Shown: positions 1 to 9,944 of the stretch, piece by piece
Layout of the letters: each line of letters starts with the position of its first letter
Numbering within the stretch: the stretch's first letter is position 1
Assembly: GCA_049613795.1 (NCBI GenBank)
Contig: JBMZCX010000004.1
Location: 6,578 to 70,577, forward strand
Length of the DNA stretch: 64,000 nt
Source of the DNA: Thalassotalea sp.
GTDB lineage: Bacteria; Pseudomonadota; Gammaproteobacteria; Enterobacterales; Alteromonadaceae
Direction of reading: 5' to 3'
Notes under the pieces: generated by a model
Seen by the model: only the letters and a program-made list of their open reading frames with translations
The model's database searches: none
What the model was told of the DNA's origin: nothing
Program-made: the position numbers and the translations under genes

Positions 1-2
1 CC

Positions 3-323
3 ATTGCCAAGTGGAAGCTTAATAACTTAGCAGATATTACCGAGTTAGATCACTATATTGGCGACCCATTTGTACAGAACAAAGCGCCGCATACACAAAC
101 CTTGCTCAACGTATTTTCAAAGTACACTGGTATTAAAGACGCAAAGCCTATTTCAATTGGCGGCGGCACTAACTCGCGCTTATTTCCTAACGCCATAGCC
201 TTTGGTCCATCAATGCCTGGCGTAGTCTATTCAGGGCATTCAGAGCATGAGTTCATCACCATGAAACAGTTCGTTTTAAACCTTAAAATGTATACCGCAG
301 TAATGGTAGAATTAGCACAATAA
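3..323 (+). CDS. C-terminal part of an M20-family (PepV/Sapep-like) dipeptidase, truncated by window edge
   Basis: Frame is open from base 3 (IAKWKLNNLADITELDHYIGDPF...). C-terminal motifs IGGGTNSR, AIAFGP and GHSEHEF fit M20 peptidases. Confidence 0.75.
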   Translation: MAKWKLNNLADITELDHYIGDPFVQNKAPHTQTLLNVFSKYTGIKDAKPISIGGGTNSRLFPNAIAFGPSMPGVVYSGHSEHEFITMKQFVLNLKMYTAVMVELAQ

Positions 324-338
324 CGCATTAACAATACG

Positions 339-368
339 GAGTAAGAAAACCTAACAGTTTTCTTACTC
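339..368. terminator. Intergenic hairpin (possible terminator or processing stem)
   Basis: GAGTAAGAAAAC-ctaaca-GTTTTCTTACTC, perfect 12-bp stem just after the stop; no clear U-tract. Confidence 0.45.
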
Positions 369-402
369 AAGCATTGGTACTACTTTACTAGGTTAATATT
401 TT

Positions 403-1128
403 ATGAAAAAAACATGTATTGTTACGGGTGGTAGCTCAGGTATAGGGTTGAGTATTGTTCAACTTTTTATTAACAATAATTACCAAGTATTTAATTTAGA
501 TATGAAGCCAAGCGATCATGGAACATTTTGCGCTTGCGACATAACTAATCACCAGCAAGTAACCGACATTATTACCAATATCGCGAAAAAGCATAATATT
601 AATGTGTTAGTGTCTAATGCTGGGATTCACTATTCTGCTAATATTGAAAACACCAGTGAAGCTGATTTGGACAAAGTATTTAATATTAATGTGAAAGGAG
701 CATATTCAGCAATAAAAGCCGTTTTACCTTCAATGAAAGCACAACAAAACGGTGCCATTATTTTAATGTCTTCAGATCAAGCTTTAATCGCTAAGCAAAA
801 TTCCTTTGCCTATAACTTAAGTAAAAATGCATTAGCGTCAATGGCAAAAACAACCGCACTCGATTATGCCGCATTTAACATTCGTGCCAATGCCGTTTGC
901 CCAGGTACGATAGAAACCCCTTTGTATCATCAAGCAATTAATAATTATTGTGAGCGATCAGGTGCCAATAAAATTGAAGTTCATCAAGAAGAAGCCGCTT
1001 TACAACCCTTAAACCGATTAGGACAGCCCGAAGAAGTAGCAGAATTGGTTTTATTCTTGGCATCAGACAAGGCTAAATTTATTACTGGCAGCTTACAAGT
1101 TATCGACGGTGGTTACACCGCTCAATAA
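403..1128 (+). CDS. SDR family NAD(P)-dependent oxidoreductase
   Basis: TGGSSGIG Rossmann motif, SNAG, YNLSK (YxxxK), NAVCPGTIET, IDGGY. Confidence 0.93.
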   Translation: MKKTCIVTGGSSGIGLSIVQLFINNNYQVFNLDMKPSDHGTFCACDITNHQQVTDIITNIAKKHNINVLVSNAGIHYSANIENTSEADLDKVFNINVKGAYSAIKAVLPSMKAQQNGAIILMSSDQALIAKQNSFAYNLSKNALASMAKTTALDYAAFNIRANAVCPGTIETPLYHQAINNYCERSGANKIEVHQEEAALQPLNRLGQPEEVAELVLFLASDKAKFITGSLQVIDGGYTAQ

Positions 1129-1144
1129 CGACGGGTATATCATC

Positions 1145-2014
1145 ATGAAAATAATTGACAGCCATGTTCATTTTTTTGATTTATCTAAAGGAGAGTACCA
1201 CTGGCTAAAGCCAGAAAATCCTCCTTTTTGGTCAGATAAAAAACGAATAGCAAATAACGTTAGTGAGCGTGATTTAGTTGTGAGTGATTCAATGAACTTA
1301 GCTGGTTTTGTGCATATTGAAGCAGGCTTTAACAACCAAGCCCCTTGGCAAGAAATTGCATGGCTTGAAGCAAGTTGTAAGTCACCATTTCGCGCGGTTG
1401 CCAATATTAATTTAACACTTAATCCAGAAAAATTTCAGCAACAAATCAAACAAATTTCAGCCTACGCATCAGTTGTTGGTTGTCGTCATATACTAGATAG
1501 CCAAGCCGTTGAGTTATTAACTTCTGAACAAGTAAAAAACAATTTTTCAGCCTTAAATAAAGCAAAGCTAAATTTTGAAGTTCAAATGCCATTTAGTAAT
1601 AAAAAGGCAGTTAATGCATTAAATACTATCGTTAAAAACAATCCTAACATCAGCTTTATTATAAATCATGCGGGTAGTCCTTTAAGTAATAGCGGTGAAG
1701 TTTCAGAGGCTTCACTATGGTATCAAGGGTTGGCGATCATTGCTGAAAACAATAACGTAGCAATAAAATGTTCGGGTTGGGAAATGGTAAATCGCCACTA
1801 TTCATTTGATTGGTGCAAAACCATTATTAACCACTGCCTAACACTTTTTGGCACGCAACGCGTTATGCTAAGCAGTAACTTTCCTTTAACCCGGCTAAGT
1901 TGCAGCTATCAAACCTATTGGCAAGCTATGCTATCAGTAGTAACTTCCTCACTTAATGAGTGCCAGCACAACTTATTACACAACAATAGTAAATTTTGGT
2001 ATAAATTCCCATAA
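1145..2014 (+). CDS. Amidohydrolase_2 family protein (sugar-lactonase-like)
   Basis: IIDSHVHFFD (HxH), INHAG, AIKCSG, FGTQRVMLSSNFP. Start moved to ATG 1145 to remove overlap with the SDR. Confidence 0.85.
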   Translation: MKIIDSHVHFFDLSKGEYHWLKPENPPFWSDKKRIANNVSERDLVVSDSMNLAGFVHIEAGFNNQAPWQEIAWLEASCKSPFRAVANINLTLNPEKFQQQIKQISAYASVVGCRHILDSQAVELLTSEQVKNNFSALNKAKLNFEVQMPFSNKKAVNALNTIVKNNPNISFIINHAGSPLSNSGEVSEASLWYQGLAIIAENNNVAIKCSGWEMVNRHYSFDWCKTIINHCLTLFGTQRVMLSSNFPLTRLSCSYQTYWQAMLSVVTSSLNECQHNLLHNNSKFWYKFP

Positions 2015-2114
2015 GTAAGCTTTAATTTGAAATTTTATTTCATCGGATACTGCCATAATAACGATAAAATCGATATAGTTGTACTACGCTCAAACTACCT
2101 TTTAAAAAGCCATT

Positions 2115-2573
2115 ATGGATAAATTCGATAAGCACATTTTACAGATCCTACAAAAAGACTGCACCGCCGCTGTCAGCGATGTGGCCGCACAAGTTGGCCT
2201 TTCTACCACCCCCTGTTGGCGACGAATTCAAGCCATGGAAAAGTCTGGCCTTATTAGAGGGCGCGTTGCCCTTACCAATGCCGAAATGCTAAATGTAGGA
2301 CTAACTGTATTTGTGATGATAAAAACCAACCAACATAACCCTGATTGGCTTGACGACTTTGGAAAAGTAGCAACAGAATTTCAAGAGATCATCGAGTTTT
2401 ATCGAATGAGTGGCGAAGTGGATTACCTACTAAAGGTCGTGGTACCAGATATGAAGGCATACGATCATTTTTATAAAAAATTGATCGACAAAGCAAGCTT
2501 TGCCGATATTAGTTCAAGCTTTGCGATGGAGGAAATGAAATACACCACCGCACTGCCTGTTGACTACCTGTAA
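2115..2573 (+). CDS. Lrp/AsnC family transcriptional regulator (DecR/YbaO-like)
   Basis: N-terminal HTH VGLSTTPCWRRIQ; C-terminal FYRMSGEVDYLLKV and KYTTALP. Confidence 0.9.
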   Translation: MDKFDKHILQILQKDCTAAVSDVAAQVGLSTTPCWRRIQAMEKSGLIRGRVALTNAEMLNVGLTVFVMIKTNQHNPDWLDDFGKVATEFQEIIEFYRMSGEVDYLLKVVVPDMKAYDHFYKKLIDKASFADISSSFAMEEMKYTTALPVDYL

Positions 2574-2584
2574 TAACAAGTAAA

Positions 2585-2929
2585 TTATTTTTTCATTAGC
2601 GACTTTAAGTCTGCAAAAGGGTTATACGTTGCTGAATCTTGGTTAGTGTCGCCTGCTTTTACTTCTGTTTGATATTGCGCATGCTCCGTATATTTTGCAT
2701 GCTCATTGTCGTGACAATAAATACATAATAATTCCCAGTTGCTGCCATCGTTAGGATTGTTGGTATGGTCATGATCAACATGATGCACCGTCAACTCTTT
2801 TAAATTTGAATAAACAAACTCACGTGCACAGCGCCCACAAAGCCAAGGGAAAAGTTTAAGCGCTTTATCTCTATAGCCTTTTTCTTGGCTCTTATAATTA
2901 GCACTTGTACCAAATTTATCTGAAGACAT
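2585..2929 (-). CDS. yajD: YajD family HNH nuclease
   Basis: YRDKALKLFPWLCGRCAREF, LTVHHVDHDHTNNPNDGSNWELLCIYCHDNEH, NPFADLK tail. Confidence 0.9.
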   Translation of the reverse strand: MSSDKFGTSANYKSQEKGYRDKALKLFPWLCGRCAREFVYSNLKELTVHHVDHDHTNNPNDGSNWELLCIYCHDNEHAKYTEHAQYQTEVKAGDTNQDSATYNPFADLKSLMKK

Positions 2930-2953
2930 TTTATTCTCTCACTAACTCAGCGG

Positions 2954-4138
2954 TTATTTTAAAGACTTAACCATAACATGCGGCGAACGCTTAACCACTT
3001 CATCGTTTAAGTCGATGCCAATGCCTGGTGTTTCAGACACTTCAAATATGCCATTTACAGGTTGTGGATCTTGAATACATAACTCACGGTTCCATGCTTT
3101 AATAGCGTAAGTGTGATGCTCGTGTATTAAGAAGTTAGGAATAGCCGTTTCTAAGTGCAATGAGGCAGCAGTTGCCACTGGGCCGCCACAAACATGTGCT
3201 TGAATACGTACATCGTAAACATCAGCATAATCACAGACTTTTTTACTTTCAGTAAAACCGCCGCAAAGGCCAACATCAGGTTGTAGAACATCTATGCTTT
3301 GATCTTCAAAGTATTGGCGAACATCCCAGCGATGATATAAACGTTCACCCCCAGCAATAGGTACATTTACGCGATCAGACACTTTTTTATGCACTTTGGG
3401 GTTCAAATAATTAACAGGCTCCTCGTACATCATACAATCAACTTCTTCAACAATTTCACCCATTTGAATGGCTGATGCAGCGCCCATTAATGAGTGAGAT
3501 TCAAAAATGATGTCAACGTTTTCACCAACCGCATTTCTTATAGCGCGTAACCTGTCGCCAAATAAGCGCATTTGTGGACGCGTAAACAGCTTAGTACGAT
3601 CAAAAGACGAGCTGCCGTCACCGTTATAAACTATTGGGTCTACTTTTACCGCATCGTAACCTTGTGCAACCGCTTTTAGTGCAGCTTCAGCATACTCTTC
3701 TGGCTGAATAAGCTTTTTGCATTCAGCATCCCAATCAAACTGCAATTGGCTGGCATAAGTACGTAGTTTACTATTAACTTTACCACCTAATAATTGATAA
3801 ACAGGAACGCCTAATGCTTTCCCTTTAATGTCCCATAGTGCGGTATCAATAGCGCTCATTGCTGCATATAATACAGGTCCGCCACCTAAGCCCCAAAAAC
3901 TTTCACGTAACATTTTTGACCACAACAATTCAGTTTGCATTGGGTTAAAGCCAATTAATACTGCTTCTGCAATTTCTTTGATCATAGCGGCGGCGGCACT
4001 GTGCCCCCAGTCATAAGCTAAGCCTGCTTCACCAACACCAACGATGCCTTCGTCGGTATAAACACGTATAAATACAGGGTTCCAAGGCGGGCGTTCTGGA
4101 CATTCAATATCAAAAATTTCTACTTGGGTAATTTTCAT
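2954..4138 (-). CDS. Enolase superfamily, mandelate racemase subgroup (galactonate-dehydratase-like)
   Basis: TDEGIVGVGE, SAIDTALWDIKGK, KxD (VKVD), metal ligands E/EEP/GGE, QPD, HVCGGP. Confidence 0.9.
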   Translation of the reverse strand: MKITQVEIFDIECPERPPWNPVFIRVYTDEGIVGVGEAGLAYDWGHSAAAAMIKEIAEAVLIGFNPMQTELLWSKMLRESFWGLGGGPVLYAAMSAIDTALWDIKGKALGVPVYQLLGGKVNSKLRTYASQLQFDWDAECKKLIQPEEYAEAALKAVAQGYDAVKVDPIVYNGDGSSSFDRTKLFTRPQMRLFGDRLRAIRNAVGENVDIIFESHSLMGAASAIQMGEIVEEVDCMMYEEPVNYLNPKVHKKVSDRVNVPIAGGERLYHRWDVRQYFEDQSIDVLQPDVGLCGGFTESKKVCDYADVYDVRIQAHVCGGPVATAASLHLETAIPNFLIHEHHTYAIKAWNRELCIQDPQPVNGIFEVSETPGIGIDLNDEVVKRSPHVMVKSLK

Positions 4139-4165
4139 TTCTTTTCTCTTTTAAAATAATTTATT

Positions 4166-4936
4166 CTAGCTAGCAAACGTAGGGTCTTGACGGTAAACAC
4201 GTCTTAACATCGCTGGCCAAGACTTTTGCCCACCCGTTATACCCGTATGAACAACACTGGCTTGCGCTTTAATGCCATCAATAATTGATTGATCAACCAT
4301 TACAGCTGTCTTACCCATCGATAAGGTTTGAATTTGAATTTGGCAGGCACGCGTTAAGTCATACATGTGCATAAAGGCGTCACCTATCGTTTGTCCTAGT
4401 GTTAATGCGCCATGATTACGTAGTAACATAAAATTAGCGCTACCTAGGTCATCTTGTAAACGTTTTTTCTCTTGCTTATCAACAGCTAAACCTTCGTAGT
4501 CATGGTAGCTCATAGAAGCTAATGCAAACATTGCATATTGGCTTAATGGTAATAAACCTTCTTCTATACTAGCAACGGCGGTTGTTTCATTAGTATGTAA
4601 ATGCAACACACATTGCGCATCGTGACGTGCCGCGTGAACAGCACTATGAATAGTAAAACCCGCTGGATTTATTTCAAATGGGCAGTTTTTATCAATAATG
4701 TTACCGTCAATATCAATTTTAACGAGATTTGAAGCCGTTATTTCATCGAACGCCATGCCAAAGGCATTAATTAAATAATGGTCGGTATTGGGAATTCGCG
4801 CTGAAATATGCGTATAAATTAAGTCATCCCAGCCATGCATTACGACCAAACGATAACAAGCGGCTAAGTCAACTCGGGTTTGCCACTCTTCTTCAGAGAC
4901 TTGACCTTGTAAATTTATTTTCAGCAATTCGAACAT
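4166..4936 (-). CDS. Class II aldolase/adducin family protein
   Basis: RVDLAACYRL, THISAR, NPAGFTIHSAVH, HLHT, LRNHG zinc-binding motifs. Confidence 0.92.
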   Translation of the reverse strand: MFELLKINLQGQVSEEEWQTRVDLAACYRLVVMHGWDDLIYTHISARIPNTDHYLINAFGMAFDEITASNLVKIDIDGNIIDKNCPFEINPAGFTIHSAVHAARHDAQCVLHLHTNETTAVASIEEGLLPLSQYAMFALASMSYHDYEGLAVDKQEKKRLQDDLGSANFMLLRNHGALTLGQTIGDAFMHMYDLTRACQIQIQTLSMGKTAVMVDQSIIDGIKAQASVVHTGITGGQKSWPAMLRRVYRQDPTFAS

Positions 4937-5121
4937 TTACTTTCCTTTAATAGTTATCCGCACCGAACTTATGGCATGAAGTTTACCTAAAGCGATGTTT
5001 GAGTGAAAGCAAGGAAGTCAGGAATTCAGAATTTGAGCTAATAAAAGAGACTAAAAAAGTATAGAACATTAAATATTAGCAGCTTAGCGCATACTCTTTA
5101 GTCTTATGGCTAATTGCGCAA

Positions 5122-5298
5122 CTACCCCATTAACCCTTTAATAATCGCGGCAATAATTAATCCAAACACTAAATAGCGGGTAACTTTTGAATATTTACTT
5201 TGTTGTTCAACCGACATTGGCTTGCCAAACTTTTCACCAAAAACAACCATTAATGCAACACCTGAAAAAACAACCGCTAAAATAACTAACAATGCCAT
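5122..5298 (-). CDS. Small two-TM membrane protein, 58 aa (absent from ORF track)
   Basis: Manual translation: MALLVILAVVFSGVALMVVFGEKFGKPMSVEQQSKYSKVTRYLVFGLIIAAIIKGLMG*. Two hydrophobic segments around a basic loop. Confidence 0.75.
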   Translation of the reverse strand: MALLVILAVVFSGVALMVVFGEKFGKPMSVEQQSKYSKVTRYLVFGLIIAAIIKGLMG

Positions 5299-5403
5299 AT
5301 AAGAACCTAATTACGAAAACCAGCAAATACTTGCTTTGCTAAAATCTAAAGTTAACTTAATATATCACATAGAAAAATAAGATCTTATTCGGAACGATGA
5401 TCA

Positions 5404-6639
5404 ATGACACAAAACGAAAACTTTTCTGAAAAGCGACAATTTATAATACGTCTTGGCAAAGCGTTACATAAATTTGGTACGCCCGCTTACCGTATGGAAG
5501 CACATTTGCAAAGTGTTGCCCAAAATTTAGGGATAGAAGCTAATTTTGTGATCACACCAACGTCTCTCACCTTTGTACTCGCCAATGCAAACGATAACAA
5601 TGAGCACCAAGAGTACAACCATATTGTAAGAGTAAAGCCCGGCGAATTAGATCTGGGTTCTTTAGCACGAACAGACGAATTAGTTGACGAATTAGGCTCA
5701 GGCCAACGCTCGCTTACAGACGCTATTGAGCGTCTTGACGACATTATGAATAAGCCTAACCCCTACGGCAGAGTGCTGACTTTTGTAGCCTTTGGTGCTT
5801 CAAGTGGTGCTTTTGCAATGCTAATGCGCACCAGCTGGAATGATGTGCTTTGGTCAACTTTACTCGGGCTATTTGTTTGCCTTTTTGTTTTTTGGGCTGA
5901 ACGTTCAAAGCGAGTTACCGAAATGTTGGAACCTATTTCAGCATTAACATCCGCGTTATTAGCTAGTGCAATTACCTTAATTGATCCGAGCATTAATTTA
6001 CCCTTAGTTATTCTTTCAAGCATAATTGCATTTATTCCTGGTTTGGCACTTACCCTTGGGTTGTCTGAACTTGCCGCGCGTAATTTAATTGCAGGCACCG
6101 CACGGATAATGGATGCCATAATGGTACTCTTTAAGCTCTATTTTGGTGCGGTTTTAGGCATGGCATTAGGCGATAAATTTTGGGGCGTTGCCGACTTCAT
6201 TGAGCCAGCGCACACACCCGAGTGGGTGTCTTGGGTCGCTGTTGCCACACTTTCTATCAGCTTAGTTATTCTCTTTAAAGCCCGTATTAAAGATGCACCT
6301 TGGGGTATTATTTCTGGCTTTATTGCTTATGGTGCAAGTGTTTGGGGCGCTATTCATTTAGGTGTTGCTTTAGGTGCTTTTGTTGGTGCTTTTGCTTTAG
6401 GTATTTACAGTAATATTTTTTCTCGATTAATGAAGCTTCCTTCCAGCTTAGTAAAATTATTAGGCTTAGTCGTGCTAGTACCTGGTAGTAAAGTCTATAT
6501 TGGTTTAAATAGTGCTATTTCGGGGCAAGCAATGCTAAATGCTACCGATGTGGGCTCACAAACCTTTCTTATTTTTATGTCGTTAGTTGCGGGGTTAATA
6601 TTTGCAAATGTTATATTACCACCACGAAAAGCGCTGTAA
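5404..6639 (+). CDS. ThrE family threonine/serine exporter (fused two-domain form)
   Basis: RLGKALHKFGTPAYRME N-terminal motif, about 10 TM segments, FIPG and LVPG repeats. Confidence 0.88.
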   Translation: MTQNENFSEKRQFIIRLGKALHKFGTPAYRMEAHLQSVAQNLGIEANFVITPTSLTFVLANANDNNEHQEYNHIVRVKPGELDLGSLARTDELVDELGSGQRSLTDAIERLDDIMNKPNPYGRVLTFVAFGASSGAFAMLMRTSWNDVLWSTLLGLFVCLFVFWAERSKRVTEMLEPISALTSALLASAITLIDPSINLPLVILSSIIAFIPGLALTLGLSELAARNLIAGTARIMDAIMVLFKLYFGAVLGMALGDKFWGVADFIEPAHTPEWVSWVAVATLSISLVILFKARIKDAPWGIISGFIAYGASVWGAIHLGVALGAFVGAFALGIYSNIFSRLMKLPSSLVKLLGLVVLVPGSKVYIGLNSAISGQAMLNATDVGSQTFLIFMSLVAGLIFANVILPPRKAL

Positions 6640-6641
6640 TA

Positions 6642-7271
6642 ATGACTAATGTAATAAATGAAACAAAAGAAAAAACGCCATACCACCATGGTGACTTAAA
6701 AGCTGCCATTATTAAAACAGCAAGTACCATGCTTGAAAGTCAGGGCATTGAAGCGCTTTCATTACGAAAAATAGCTGAAAATGTAGGGGTTTCTCGCACT
6801 GCGGCTTATCATCATTATAAAGATAAAAATGAATTATTAAGTGCCATTGCTAGCCAAGGTTTTTTACTGTGGAAAACACAGGTTGAATTAATTTTTAGTA
6901 ATAAAGCACTGAGTCACCGTCAACAACTCAGTCAATTTTGTCATGGCTATATACAATTTGCAGTTAACAATCCCCATACCTACGACCTGATGTTCGGCCG
7001 AACGCTTTGGAAAAACAATGTCAGTTCCGATGAACTAAAAAAAGTCGCTTATCCGAGCTTTGAGTATCAAGTCGCCATGACTAAGCATTGGCAAGAGCAA
7101 GGTCTTTTAGCCAAAACAGAAAACTCACTGCGCCTTGCACAAGTATTATGGGGTACATTACATGGTATTGCTAAGCTAATGTTAGACGGTATTTATACCG
7201 ACACCAGTAACATTACACAAATGTGTGATTGTGCAATAGCACTCTTTATTGTAAATAAGAAAACCTCTTAA
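6642..7271 (+). CDS. TetR/AcrR family transcriptional regulator (WHG-type C-terminus)
   Basis: YHHGDLK, LSLRKIAENVGVSRTAAYHHY, WGTLHG. Confidence 0.92.
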   Translation: MTNVINETKEKTPYHHGDLKAAIIKTASTMLESQGIEALSLRKIAENVGVSRTAAYHHYKDKNELLSAIASQGFLLWKTQVELIFSNKALSHRQQLSQFCHGYIQFAVNNPHTYDLMFGRTLWKNNVSSDELKKVAYPSFEYQVAMTKHWQEQGLLAKTENSLRLAQVLWGTLHGIAKLMLDGIYTDTSNITQMCDCAIALFIVNKKTS

Positions 7272-7363
7272 TAATCATTCACGTTAAGCGTTGTACATTA
7301 AAAGTTTTTCATTGATAATCACGCTTATACTATAAAAAATACAATTAACTTGTTAGGTTTTCC

Positions 7364-7969
7364 ATGCCAAATTCTGTGCACAACAATGCTGATATAAAAC
7401 TAGCAAAATATAATGAATATTTTTCAATTAGCCACGACTTCAATATCAACATCAAACCATTAGCAAGCTCAGCCGATTATTCATTTTCAACATTTCTTGA
7501 AAGAATACCTACACCTTTTATGCTCGCAACCCAAGTAGTGGCCATTGATAATATCGCGCTACAACCTTTCCAGACGGTTACAGGTGTTTCTAATCAGTTA
7601 GCCCAGTATTTAACGTTACAATCACAAAAAATAGACTTATTGATGAATTACATCATCACCCAGCAAGACGAGGAAGCTTATCGTTATCAAGGGGAAAGTT
7701 TTAGTGGGAGTGGCATCAGTTTTACCTCGGCTGACGAGTTTTCACTTACCGATAAAGTCGAAATAAAGCTATTTTTAAATATTGATAATTGTAATATTTA
7801 TTGCCATGGCGAAATTATTCAAAAAACAGAATCGGATAACGTTTTTCAGTACAGCGTGCTTTTTACCCATATCCGTGACGATGACAGAGAATTGCTCGTG
7901 CGTTGTAGCCTGCATACACAACAAAAACAATTACAGGCATTAACCAAAAAACGGCAAGATGAAAGTTAA
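7364..7969 (+). CDS. PilZ domain-containing protein
   Basis: EYFSI N-terminus, QSQKIDLLM coil, SFSGSGISF, FTHIRDDDRELLVR. Confidence 0.75.
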   Translation: MPNSVHNNADIKLAKYNEYFSISHDFNINIKPLASSADYSFSTFLERIPTPFMLATQVVAIDNIALQPFQTVTGVSNQLAQYLTLQSQKIDLLMNYIITQQDEEAYRYQGESFSGSGISFTSADEFSLTDKVEIKLFLNIDNCNIYCHGEIIQKTESDNVFQYSVLFTHIRDDDRELLVRCSLHTQQKQLQALTKKRQDES

Positions 7970-7996
7970 TGGAAGAATTTACTACGGCGTTTTCTC

Positions 7997-8025
7997 TTAT
8001 TTATAGGGAGCAACCCTATAAATAA
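7997..8025. terminator. Hairpin between convergent genes
   Basis: TTATTTATAGGG-agcaa-CCCTATAAATAA, perfect 12-bp stem. Confidence 0.55.
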
Positions 8026-8105
8026 GTTAGGCCCTGCTAAACACCAAATTAATCGCTGAAAAAAACGTACAGAAAACTCAGCACGTCTTAATGGTTATTA
8101 ACCTC

Positions 8106-9272
8106 TTACACACAAATTCGATTAAGTGTTACATCGACTTTTTCTGTCGTTTCTTTTTGCTGTTCAGCATATTCAGCCACATTATTCAGCCCAGCAGTAG
8201 CATCGCTACTTAGCGAAACAATTTCCGCCATATTGTCATTAATAGACGCTGTAGATTGTTGTTGCTGTTCGGTGCCACTAGCAATTTGTGAGGTTAAATT
8301 ATTAACCTCATTAAACACCTCACCAATTTGAGATAATGCAGAAACTACACCTTCTGACTGGTTTAAGCTGTCTTTTGTTAATTCTTGCCCTTTAGCTATG
8401 GCGGTTACTGCGTTGTTTGATTTAGCTTGTAACCCTTCAACCATTGACTGAATTTCAACAGTAGACTCTTGTGTTCTATGCGCTAATGCTCTTACCTCAT
8501 CAGCCACAACAGCAAAGCCTCTGCCCTGCTCTCCGGCTCGCGCAGCTTCAATAGCAGCATTAAGCGCTAATAAATTGGTTTGGTCGGCAATACCTCGAAT
8601 AACATCTAATACAGAACCAATTTTAGAGGCCTCTTCTTGCAACAAAGCTAAATCATTAACCATAGTCGTTACTTCTTCAGCAAAGGCTGCAATTGTATTT
8701 TGACTGGTATTAGATGCATTAGTCCCCTCTTCCAAAATAGTTAATACTTGGTGAGTGGTATCGCTAACTTGTGCCGCACTTTGCGACAATGTCGCCGATG
8801 TAGAGGCAACTTCGTCAATAGAATTCGCCATTAATGTTATTTGAGCCGATGAATTGTCAACAGCAATAACCGAGTCACTAATTTGACTAGTTAATGACGA
8901 TGACCCCTGCCGTAAAGTCTCTGATTCTTGCTTTATATCGCTTACCACATCAGCTAAATCAGTAATAAAGGCACTTAAATCATTAGTAACTTTGGCAAAG
9001 TCATCGTTAATATTGTCAATTAAAGGACCAGAAGGTGCTCGGTCAACACTTACCACTAAATTTAAATACTGCTGAAGCTTTTCTATTCGAGTAGATAACT
9101 GCTGCTGAGAAAAAATAAAACTCACTACAAACTGTAGAACTACAGTAACTAAAAGTAAAAAAACGACTGCCGTTTTACTTAACTCATCAGTAAATAAAAG
9201 TACGCCAAACGTAGCAAGTACACCAATAAAAAGGCTAGGTAATAGTAATTTAATATTTAAACGATTTAGCAT
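8106..9272 (-). CDS. Methyl-accepting chemotaxis protein
   Basis: [34 protein letters not shown] signalling hairpin; two N-terminal TM helices. ATG 9272 preferred. Confidence 0.93.
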   Translation of the reverse strand: MLNRLNIKLLLPSLFIGVLATFGVLLFTDELSKTAVVFLLLVTVVLQFVVSFIFSQQQLSTRIEKLQQYLNLVVSVDRAPSGPLIDNINDDFAKVTNDLSAFITDLADVVSDIKQESETLRQGSSSLTSQISDSVIAVDNSSAQITLMANSIDEVASTSATLSQSAAQVSDTTHQVLTILEEGTNASNTSQNTIAAFAEEVTTMVNDLALLQEEASKIGSVLDVIRGIADQTNLLALNAAIEAARAGEQGRGFAVVADEVRALAHRTQESTVEIQSMVEGLQAKSNNAVTAIAKGQELTKDSLNQSEGVVSALSQIGEVFNEVNNLTSQIASGTEQQQQSTASINDNMAEIVSLSSDATAGLNNVAEYAEQQKETTEKVDVTLNRICV

Positions 9273-9414
9273 AGAGAATCCATCATTATTATTTTGAGTT
9301 AACAACTATTGTTATAGACGATAAATAAATTACAGGTAAAAATATATTTTGGCTATATTTTTAAGCAATAATCTTCAATAATACGATAGGTTTCAATAAC
9401 TTTTTAAGGTAAAA

Positions 9415-9579
9415 ATGTCGATCTATTTTATTTTTCTTATTATTCTTGCTGCTTCATTGATAATTGGCGGCATTATGTTAATAAAGCAGTCAGCCAAAAA
9501 ATTTAACCTAACCGAGCAGCAATTAAAAGATATAAAGGCACGAAATAAGGCATTAGATGAGCAAGAAAAAGAAGATTAA
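9415..9579 (+). CDS. Small single-TM protein, 54 aa, DUF2897-like (absent from ORF track)
   Basis: Manual translation: [62 protein letters not shown] upstream; stop overlaps ppiC stop (TTAA). Confidence 0.78.
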   Translation: MSIYFIFLIILAASLIIGGIMLIKQSAKKFNLTEQQLKDIKARNKALDEQEKED

Positions 9580-9851
9580 TTACGATAAATCGTTTGAATA
9601 AGATGATAACCAAAACGTGTTTTTACTGGTCCGTGAACTTTTAATACTTCTTTTTTAAAAACCACGTCATCAAACGCTTTGACCATTTGCCCTTTTTTAA
9701 ACTCACCTAAATCTCCGCCCTTTTTAGCAGAGGGGCAATTCGAAAACTTCTTCGCTAATTGTCCAAAATCAGCACCTTTATCAAGCTTGCCTTTAAGCTC
9801 CTGCGCTTGTTTCTCTGTTTTTACCAATATATGGCGCGCACACGCAGTCAT
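9576..9851 (-). CDS. ppiC: Parvulin peptidyl-prolyl isomerase C
   Basis: [34 protein letters not shown]. Start set by GAGGT RBS spacing. Confidence 0.93.
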   Translation of the reverse strand: MTACARHILVKTEKQAQELKGKLDKGADFGQLAKKFSNCPSAKKGGDLGEFKKGQMVKAFDDVVFKKEVLKVHGPVKTRFGYHLIQTIYRN

Positions 9852-9944
9852 ATTCATTACCTCGCTTTAATAAATGTTGATAAGCTCATCATAAAATATG
9901 ACAATACTGGCAATTATACACCTAATAAATAGAGCAAAGTAGCA

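Noticed and set aside
2585-2929. HNH nuclease as sign of a homing element, prophage or defence system
   Set aside because: Matches the conserved chromosomal YajD family; no mobile or defence genes nearby.
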